Below are positions 57,013-64,000 of a stretch of 64,000 nt of DNA, in pieces (within the stretch, counting starts at the first letter, position 1; every line of letters begins with the position of its first letter). Made by a program: the position numbers and the translations under genes. The notes under the pieces are model-generated. The model saw only the letters and a list, made by a program, of their open reading frames with translations, did no database searches and was not told the DNA's origin. The stretch comes from a virus. The stretch covers positions 28,554 through 92,553 of the IMG/VR virus record IMGVR_UViG_3300046096_000928; one strand, given 5' to 3'.

Positions 57013-58321
57013 ATGTCAAAGATTGGATTTATTAGCTAATTTAACCACTATCGGTTTAGCTGTGCCAACAAGAACCGCACACCAAGTATTAACTAATGTA
57101 GCAATAAGAACAGATATAGAAAATAATAAATTAATTTTGACTGGCTCGGATTTATATTGTACTATACAAAGTGAGTTTGAATGTGAGATTGGAGAAGATG
57201 GTTCTGTTACTGTGCCATATAAAATCTTCAAAGATATGATTCAGAAATTACCAGATGGAGAATTGGCGATCGCCTGTGAAGATGAAGATGAGGATAATCC
57301 AACTGTTACAATTCATAGTTTTAATGGGAAGTATCAGCTAAAAGGATTATCTTATGATGAATATCCGAATACTATTCAAGAATTGACGGGGGAAACTACT
57401 CTTGATTTGGATGTAGCTAATTTAAAAAGAGGTTTATCTCACGTGTTGCCATCATGTGCTAAGGATGAAACTAAACAAATATTAACAGGGGTAAACGTTA
57501 AGGTAAATTCTAATAATCAGTTAATTTTGGCAAGTACAGACGGACATCGTCTATCTTGTATTACTTTAGATGAAGCATTAATAATAGAAAAGGGTGAGGC
57601 TATAGAAGAACCTTTCAAAGAATTAGAAGATAATAATTTTGATTTACCAGAAGAAAATGATGATATTGATGATGATTTAGATACTTCTCAAGATGATGAT
57701 AATATTGATAATGATTACGATCAAGCAGAAGAGGAGGCAAAGGATAGCGAGATTGAAGTAGAGGCAGTAAAGAACGATGTACAAGTAACCATTAAGGGAG
57801 AAGAATTAGCTAGTTTATTGAGTATTCTAAATAGCCATGATGAGGAAAAAGTCACCCTTAAGTATGATGATAAACATTTATCTTTTAAACTGAAGAATAC
57901 TTTGATTAATAGCCGTATTTTGTCCGGCAACTTCCCTAAATATGAACAATTAATACCTAAAGAATTTACAGGCTGGGTTTGTTGCGATAGAGATAAATTT
58001 ACTAAAGGGCTTGATCAGATTTCTGTACTATTAGACATGAAAAGTAATTTTGTTAAATTCTTAATGGATAATGACGAACAGACATTAACTTTGGTATCAA
58101 CAACCAAAGATTTAGGAGAGGCAAAAATGATTGTCAGATGTGAACTAAATAAAACAATGAATATCGGATTTAACTATCGTTATTTATTAGATGCTATCAA
58201 AGTTTGCAAGAAAACAGAATTAAAAATACAATTTAATGAAGCTAATATGCCAATCGTCATCTCTTGCTTAGGTGAACCAGACGCTTTTACTTTAGTAATG
58301 CCAGTACAGATTAGAGATTAA
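57002..58321 (+). CDS. dnaN: DNA polymerase III beta clamp with long acidic insertion
   Basis: GSDL, STDGHRL, G.FPKYE.LIP, IGFN.RYLLD and LVMPV. Confidence 0.93.
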   Translation: MQFKCQRLDLLANLTTIGLAVPTRTAHQVLTNVAIRTDIENNKLILTGSDLYCTIQSEFECEIGEDGSVTVPYKIFKDMIQKLPDGELAIACEDEDEDNPTVTIHSFNGKYQLKGLSYDEYPNTIQELTGETTLDLDVANLKRGLSHVLPSCAKDETKQILTGVNVKVNSNNQLILASTDGHRLSCITLDEALIIEKGEAIEEPFKELEDNNFDLPEENDDIDDDLDTSQDDDNIDNDYDQAEEEAKDSEIEVEAVKNDVQVTIKGEELASLLSILNSHDEEKVTLKYDDKHLSFKLKNTLINSRILSGNFPKYEQLIPKEFTGWVCCDRDKFTKGLDQISVLLDMKSNFVKFLMDNDEQTLTLVSTTKDLGEAKMIVRCELNKTMNIGFNYRYLLDAIKVCKKTELKIQFNEANMPIVISCLGEPDAFTLVMPVQIRD

Positions 58322-58366
58322 CTATACTAAAGAAAGAGGTTATAAAAGCCTCTTTCTTTAGTATAG
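58322..58366. terminator. Inverted-repeat terminator after dnaN
   Basis: CTATACTAAAGAAAGAGG ... CCTCTTTCTTTAGTATAG. Confidence 0.7.
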
Positions 58367-58375
58367 GAGCGAAGA

Positions 58376-58843
58376 ATGAAAACGAGAAAAGAAAGTAGTG
58401 TATTTTATTTAGAAACATTGAAAATATTGTTAACAGACTATTTAGGTGTTTATGAATTATCGGTTAATGGAGTAATCAAAGGAGAAGTACCTAGTATTCG
58501 GATTCGATACCCTAGTATCACTGAAACTATCGCTTATAAAATGAAAAAAGACGAAGGGATTGAATGTATTTTAGAAGCTGAACCGAATACGGATATCCGA
58601 TTTTTGAATTTTGGTAATACTAAAAATAGTAGATACTGGAAAGTTATTTTAATACAACATGATCCTACTGATGGGTTAGCAGATGTCATTGATTGGTTTT
58701 ATACCTTCCCTAGTTATCTTAGACCTATGTCACAACCTGTTATTAGACAAGCTATACAATTACCTAATAAACAGGGAACACAACCACCTACTGCTTTGAT
58801 TTATATTCCACAAACTCAATTTAATGATATACATTTTATGTAA
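58376..58843 (+). CDS. Putative tail completion/terminator protein
   Basis: L...LG.Y, G.ECI and W.V.L.Q.D motifs; upstream of tail tube gene. Confidence 0.5.
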   Translation: MKTRKESSVFYLETLKILLTDYLGVYELSVNGVIKGEVPSIRIRYPSITETIAYKMKKDEGIECILEAEPNTDIRFLNFGNTKNSRYWKVILIQHDPTDGLADVIDWFYTFPSYLRPMSQPVIRQAIQLPNKQGTQPPTALIYIPQTQFNDIHFM

Positions 58844-58941
58844 TATAGCTGTATTTTGTCGTGTGTTAAAATGGAATTATTGATAAAAGGAAGTCAATAG
58901 CCTTTAGTCAATAGTTGATATTTAATAGTAAAAAAAAGAAT

Positions 58942-59754
58942 ATGCCAATCACAGATATTCGTGAATACGCTGAACTACCAGTATTTGAGTTCGGATTAGA
59001 TAAAACTGGTAATAGTTACCCTAGAGGTGATTTGACGCAAGTAGCGATCGCTCCTGTTTTATACGGAGCTCAGAGACCAGCTAAAATCGAGCTAACAATT
59101 GGGATTTTAGCTACAGGTGATGAAGTTGTCAACATCACTAGCCCAGTTGAGATCACACTCTACAGACGAGTTCCTATTGCTGTAGGGGCTGGTTTAGGGA
59201 CTACCGATGTAATTGATGGGATCATTGTCCCAACTGTAAATATTGTAATTCCAGCAGCTACTCTTACTGCCGTAGCTATATGCCCTTATGTAGGGACTCC
59301 TATCACTGGTACTTCTATTGCCGCTATCTATGAAGGATTGCGTCCTTGTTTATCGGTAGAAGAAGCAACTTTTCCTCAGTCTTCTGCAGATACTGCGATG
59401 ACACAAAATAAATCACAAGGTCCTTGGAAGACTTCAGATGTATTTACTCGTTCATGGACGAGTAATCTTAATGGAGCTTTGTTCCGTGATGATCCTGCTA
59501 TTCCTTTATTAGAAGCGAAAGGTCAAGGTATTGGGAAAGTCTATATTATGATTACCCAAGCTCCTTTTGAAAGTTTCCCTGATGGAGAAGGTGGGTTTTT
59601 GCGATATGGTGCAGGTCCAGGTGCTACTGAAGGATTAGTAACTATTGGTAATACTTCACCAACTGATCCTAGAGCAGAAAATCAAAAAGTTAGTTATGCA
59701 CTAACAGGTGACGGACGTGCAGTTCCTTATCGTATCTTGACCCCTGATATTTAA
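58942..59754 (+). CDS. Major tail tube protein
   Basis: Position before chaperone and tape measure; W.....G...DP and S..LTGDG motifs. Confidence 0.65.
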   Translation: MPITDIREYAELPVFEFGLDKTGNSYPRGDLTQVAIAPVLYGAQRPAKIELTIGILATGDEVVNITSPVEITLYRRVPIAVGAGLGTTDVIDGIIVPTVNIVIPAATLTAVAICPYVGTPITGTSIAAIYEGLRPCLSVEEATFPQSSADTAMTQNKSQGPWKTSDVFTRSWTSNLNGALFRDDPAIPLLEAKGQGIGKVYIMITQAPFESFPDGEGGFLRYGAGPGATEGLVTIGNTSPTDPRAENQKVSYALTGDGRAVPYRILTPDI

Positions 59755-60029
59755 TGTATTTCGATTATTTATCGGACGATCTATCTAAGCCCAAAATATT
59801 TCTTATTAATTGCAAAGTCAATAAGAAATATTTAGAGGTGCAGATGGGTTATCTCAGACAGATGATGGGGATAAAACCCTTAATTCTAAAAGACAAAAGA
59901 GGTGTCTCTATTTGTCTTTTAGAACTGGAAGGGATCGAATTTCTAAAAATAGATTTTATTATTACCGAAACGAAAATAGCAATAAAAGAGAATTATGTCA
60001 ACAATCAATACTTTATTCACGAAAGTTAA
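59754..60029 (+). CDS. Hypothetical tail-region protein
   Basis: Coupled 91-aa ORF. Confidence 0.5.
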   Translation: MYFDYLSDDLSKPKIFLINCKVNKKYLEVQMGYLRQMMGIKPLILKDKRGVSICLLELEGIEFLKIDFIITETKIAIKENYVNNQYFIHES

Positions 60030-60630
60030 TCAGGAATATCATATCGTAATTACAGAAGCAGAAGGTAGTTGTGTAGCAGAAAATGAAAGCACTGCAAAGA
60101 AATTGATAGATAGCAATACAATTAAAGAAATTCCTAATGCGGATGGAGTCAATGAATGGCATTTAATTTTGCCAAAACGAAATAGTTTATTGGTAGGGGA
60201 AACTCAAGAATTACAGACGGCACAGATGAGTGTAGAATCTGCTTCTAACTACATGAGTATTATCGGTGATTTGTTAGCTGAAGGTTATACTCAATCTGAA
60301 GCAGAGGCGATCGTACAAGATACTACAAAGTGGTCAAAATTAAAATCAGAGCAATTACATCAGTTATTGATGATTTTAAGAGAATCTCAATTAAAAGCAA
60401 CTAAAGAAGCTACTAACTTTACAGGAGTAATGTCTCTAAGAGTGAATCCCTCATGGGAGTTAACCGATACTTTAAGATTGCCAATTAGTTTATATAACAA
60501 AATTATGGAATTTATTAATGGCGAATTAACAGGTTGGGCTGATATGGAGGAGAAAAAAAAGACTACCACCATAACAACGGGTCAATTGATTTCTATAGAA
60601 GAGAAGCCAAGCGAGACCGAAGCGGCATAG
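59995..60630 (+). CDS. Tail assembly chaperone (gpG-like)
   Basis: Between tube and tape measure genes; in-phase A AAA AAG slippery site. Confidence 0.7.
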   Translation: MSTINTLFTKVNQEYHIVITEAEGSCVAENESTAKKLIDSNTIKEIPNADGVNEWHLILPKRNSLLVGETQELQTAQMSVESASNYMSIIGDLLAEGYTQSEAEAIVQDTTKWSKLKSEQLHQLLMILRESQLKATKEATNFTGVMSLRVNPSWELTDTLRLPISLYNKIMEFINGELTGWADMEEKKKTTTITTGQLISIEEKPSETEAA

Positions 60631-61046
60631 ATTTTGAAGAGATATTTTATACATTACTTGCTAATGGCTTTTATAAAGCTAGTCTTGAAGAAGGTTATAT
60701 AGAATATCTCAAGCAACCGATCTGGTTTATTTTGAATCTTTTAAAAGCTATTAGAAAAGAAGATAGAAATAAAACCAATATAATTTCAAGTACGACTGCC
60801 AGAGTAGCTATTTTATTAGAACAAGGATTTAGCTCTTTTAGTAGTGAAGGGGGTCGGAAAGATATTAGATTAGATGATTATTTACCCTTCAAGTCTGAAA
60901 CTGATAACTCCGAAATATTGGATCAAGATACGATTGATATTTATTGGGAGTGCGTAAAAGAAGAAATTTTACCTGATGACGTAATTAAAGTATTTAATAC
61001 AGATAAAAAAATAGGCGAAATATTGAAACAAGGAAAAAGAGATTAA
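60561..61046 (+). CDS. gpT-like -1 frameshift extension of tail chaperone
   Basis: The -1 frame is open from 60561 through the 60732..61046 ORF. Confidence 0.7.
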   Translation, partial: DYHHNNGSIDFYRREAKRDRSGIDFEEIFYTLLANGFYKASLEEGYIEYLKQPIWFILNLLKAIRKEDRNKTNIISSTTARVAILLEQGFSSFSSEGGRKDIRLDDYLPFKSETDNSEILDQDTIDIYWECVKEEILPDDVIKVFNTDKKIGEILKQGKRD

Positions 61047-61119
61047 GGACTTTTCCTTGTTTCTTTTTGATTTTTAGGATTTGTTAAGATAGAGAAAGTA
61101 GTATGTATGAGGTGTTAAC

Positions 61120-64000
61120 GTGGTATTAGATGTAGGGACTGTACAATGGACAGCGAAGCTAGATGTAACGCAGATTAATAGACAAATAGCTGACATGGAA
61201 AAGTTACTTCGTAAAGTCGATACTACAATAAAATTTCAAAAAACACCACCAATACTTAAGACAAAAATAGACATTGACGATACTGCGATAAAAAAAAATA
61301 GCTCTGATTTCTACAATAATCCTATTAATATCAGAGCCAAAAACAGATCAAATATTACGGACACAATAGATTCATTAAATACCCAAGTAATTACTCCAGT
61401 GGTAGATCATAAGCCATTAGAAGAATTAAACAAACATCTTGATTTAAAGCAAAAACACTGGGATGATCTGAATGAATATTTTTCGAAATATCCGATCACG
61501 CCTAAGACAGATTTAGGTGGGGCTAGTATTGAAGAAGATTTGACTGGAGATTCTAAAAGTAGCAATAAAGTCAATATTCCTAAAATATTCACTCAGAAAA
61601 AGAAAGATGAAGAAATATCAGAATTTGATGTGAAAGGATGGATAACCCTTTCACATCAAATAGCTAAGGAAATAAAATTAGGATTTAAAGAGATTAGTAG
61701 TTTATTTAGGTTCGTCACTCGGATGCAAAAAGAAGATAAACCTAAAACCCAACCTAACGGAGAAAAAAAAGTAAAAATTGATAAAAATTATAATTTCAGC
61801 CCTAATGATCTTCAGCTAAAAATTCCGACACAAAAGAACAATGTGGGATCGGAATGGAGCGATATATTATCTAATATCCAAGATATATTTAAAGAATTTA
61901 TTGATACTTTTTACAATACTAACAATTCAAATAAAGTAGCTGGAGAAATACTTACAGATACCGATACTATTTCTGATGATTCTTTATCGACCACTAATAA
62001 TAATTTTGCGACAATAGATGATAATAACACTGGTAAAATCCCCCCTAAAAATATTATTTCGACTAAACTACAACCAGAGGTTAGTATTGAGCAAATCACC
62101 ACCATTACAAAACTATTAGAAGATTTAATAAAGATATGTTCTAGCATTGTTGAGAATACTAAAAAAGAACAAGAAAAAACGGTTTTAGGCTCTTTATCCG
62201 AATCGATAATGAAAGGAGTTACTTTAGCTGTGAGTACAGCCAGTGAAACTGTTGGACAAGAATTAGGCGACAGTATGGGTCGTGAGCTATTACCCGTTAT
62301 AAAAGAAAGTGGTATTTCTTTGCTAAAAAATGCCAGAGAAATTAAGAAGGTAAATCAGAGTAAAAAAGATGGCGACACTAAAAAGATGGGTGGTGATCTC
62401 ATTGAAAAAATCCCTGATCAAGCCTTTTCTTTTTTAGAGAAAACTCTTGAGAATGTAGATTTAAATAAGGTTGAAGAATCTCCTCTTAGTGAGAATGAAA
62501 ATAGTAAAGTAACCAGTTTATTAGAAGATTTAAAAACTATTTGCACTCATCTACTCGAGGATATAAAAAATGGAGCATCCTCTGATAGCGACTCCTTGAC
62601 CAGTTCTTTAATGAAAGGGATTAATACGGCTATAGGGACAGCAACCGAAACTATAGGGCTAAATGTAGGAAAGAGTGTTGGACAAAGTATGTCTAAAGAA
62701 ATTATCCCCGTGTTAAAAGGAAAAGGGCTTTCTCTTATTGAAAATCTTAAAGGAGTAAAAGAATTAAATAAAAATGTAACCAAGCCGAATAAAGAAGATG
62801 AATCAAGAAGTATTGATGAATTGGCAACAGATTTAGTTGTATCAGTTCCTGATGAAGCTTTTTCTTTTTTAGAAGGAACGCTTAAAAACCTAGAATTAAA
62901 CCCTGAGCTAGAAACAGAAACAAAATCTGAATCAAATATAGAAACTTTATTAGTTCAGATTATAGATTTATTAAGTATCGTAACAGAAAAAGAATTCGGA
63001 TCAGAAAAGAGAAATCCTTTTGATACTCTTATAGAATCAGCTTTAGCTCCTATCGGTACAAGTATGGGGAATCATGTTACTGAGGGGATGCAAGAATTAC
63101 TCAAAGGGCAGAATGTAATTACTCTTTTAATGGATAACTCCGATGCTATTGTTGAACAATTCGAGAATTTCAAACGGATTACAGAGAATACGATGGAAGA
63201 AAACCTTACAGGAATCAGAGATTCTTTTCTGCAAGGCTTTGAAAATGTAAATGGGGATTTATTAGAGAATACTGTTACCTCTCCTAAAGATACGTCTCCC
63301 CAGAATAATATTGAGAAAAAAGAGGATATTTTTGATAATATATATCGAGAATTTAGCGATATAAACACTAGGCTCGGGTTTGAGCAAAAAGAAATTTCTT
63401 TAGATGATAAAAATCCAGTTAAACAAGAAATAGTTGAACCTCCTTCTTTGCAAACTATTGTCGATTCTATTGCCACTGTTATATCTTTATTAGAAGCGGA
63501 TGATAATATTTTCCTAAATATTTTTTCCAAATTACGAGATACTTTTTCGGATAAGGTTTCGGATATAATTTATAACAAAGTTGGCAGTACGATAAAACAG
63601 TTTATCCCTATATCGCAGTCATTAGAACCTTTACTTGGTGACGATATTTTTAGCACTTCTCCTTCTCCCACTTCAGATACTATTGAAATAAATACTCCTA
63701 ATTCTAGCGATTTTACAACCGAAATAGATAAAGTTATCTTTGCTATAAATGCTTTAAAAAGAGTAGTTACCGATATTGATTTTACTGAGTTAGAAGGCAA
63801 ACTCAATGATTTTTTAAATTCCCTAAATATAACTATTCCCCCTGTTAATGTAGAAAGTCTAAAACAATCATTTAGTGAAATTCAGTCAGTCATCAATGGT
63901 TTAGATTTAAGTAAAGTCTCTACACTTAATACAGATTCACTTATTGGTAACTTAAATAATTTAGTTGATTCATTACCTAAAGAAATAGGATCAGTTGATT
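61120..64000 (+). CDS. Tape measure protein (runs off window end; absent from ORF track)
   Basis: GAGGTG SD, GTG start MVLDVGTV...LD; no stop seen to 64000; internal repeats. Confidence 0.75.
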   Translation, partial: MVLDVGTVQWTAKLDVTQINRQIADMEKLLRKVDTTIKFQKTPPILKTKIDIDDTAIKKNSSDFYNNPINIRAKNRSNITDTIDSLNTQVITPVVDHKPLEELNKHLDLKQKHWDDLNEYFSKYPITPKTDLGGASIEEDLTGDSKSSNKVNIPKIFTQKKKDEEISEFDVKGWITLSHQIAKEIKLGFKEISSLFRFVTRMQKEDKPKTQPNGEKKVKIDKNYNFSPNDLQLKIPTQKNNVGSEWSDILSNIQDIFKEFIDTFYNTNNSNKVAGEILTDTDTISDDSLSTTNNNFATIDDNNTGKIPPKNIISTKLQPEVSIEQITTITKLLEDLIKICSSIVENTKKEQEKTVLGSLSESIMKGVTLAVSTASETVGQELGDSMGRELLPVIKESGISLLKNAREIKKVNQSKKDGDTKKMGGDLIEKIPDQAFSFLEKTLENVDLNKVEESPLSENENSKVTSLLEDLKTICTHLLEDIKNGASSDSDSLTSSLMKGINTAIGTATETIGLNVGKSVGQSMSKEIIPVLKGKGLSLIENLKGVKELNKNVTKPNKEDESRSIDELATDLVVSVPDEAFSFLEGTLKNLELNPELETETKSESNIETLLVQIIDLLSIVTEKEFGSEKRNPFDTLIESALAPIGTSMGNHVTEGMQELLKGQNVITLLMDNSDAIVEQFENFKRITENTMEENLTGIRDSFLQGFENVNGDLLENTVTSPKDTSPQNNIEKKEDIFDNIYREFSDINTRLGFEQKEISLDDKNPVKQEIVEPPSLQTIVDSIATVISLLEADDNIFLNIFSKLRDTFSDKVSDIIYNKVGSTIKQFIPISQSLEPLLGDDIFSTSPSPTSDTIEINTPNSSDFTTEIDKVIFAINALKRVVTDIDFTELEGKLNDFLNSLNITIPPVNVESLKQSFSEIQSVINGLDLSKVSTLNTDSLIGNLNNLVDSLPKEIGSVD

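Larger units (their letters stand above)
1..64000. mobile_element. Temperate siphovirus-like cyanophage (prophage or phage-plasmid), partial genome
   Basis: Capsid, portal, terminase, tail tube, tape measure, endolysins, serine recombinase and DnaB/initiator across the whole window; no host-chromosome boundary seen. Confidence 0.9.

Noticed and set aside
61407-63806. Short minus-strand ORFs in the ORF track
   Set aside because: Antisense shadows of the tape measure gene; the same applies to shadow ORFs within capsid, portal, dnaB, terL and dnaN
1-64000. tRNA genes, reverse transcriptase/DGR, introns or inteins
   Set aside because: No tRNA T-loop/cloverleaf, RT motif, or intein-sized insertion in nrdA, dnaB or terL was recognised by eye; tRNAscan-SE and HMM searches would be needed for certainty

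Overview
AT-rich DNA from a large temperate, siphovirus-like cyanophage, either a prophage or a phage-plasmid. A cyanobacterial host is indicated by 16 HIP1 GCGATCGC sites and by nblA, DUF3285-ybeY, DUF3288 and cyanobacterial-type thyA/nrdA/dnaN. Head, portal, connector, neck, terminase and tail genes are present but scattered over at least eight separate units on both strands. They are interleaved with replication genes (HTH initiator, DnaB, DnaN, RusA), nucleotide metabolism genes, two endolysins, a large serine recombinase, several antirepressor-type genes (Bro-N, AntA, KilA-N) and decayed methyltransferases. The most novel signals are non-coding: (1) a covarying structured 5' leader shared by three non-homologous antirepressor-like genes; (2) four dispersed origin-like modules, each a GATC-bearing AT-rich segment plus four 15-bp-period CCT-N6-AGG repeats, detached from the initiator gene; (3) five sigma70 promoters with an identical spacer; (4) a promoter- and terminator-delimited ~70-nt sRNA. 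A -1 frameshift in the tail chaperone is also clear. All protein calls are by motif recognition only; no database searches were run.
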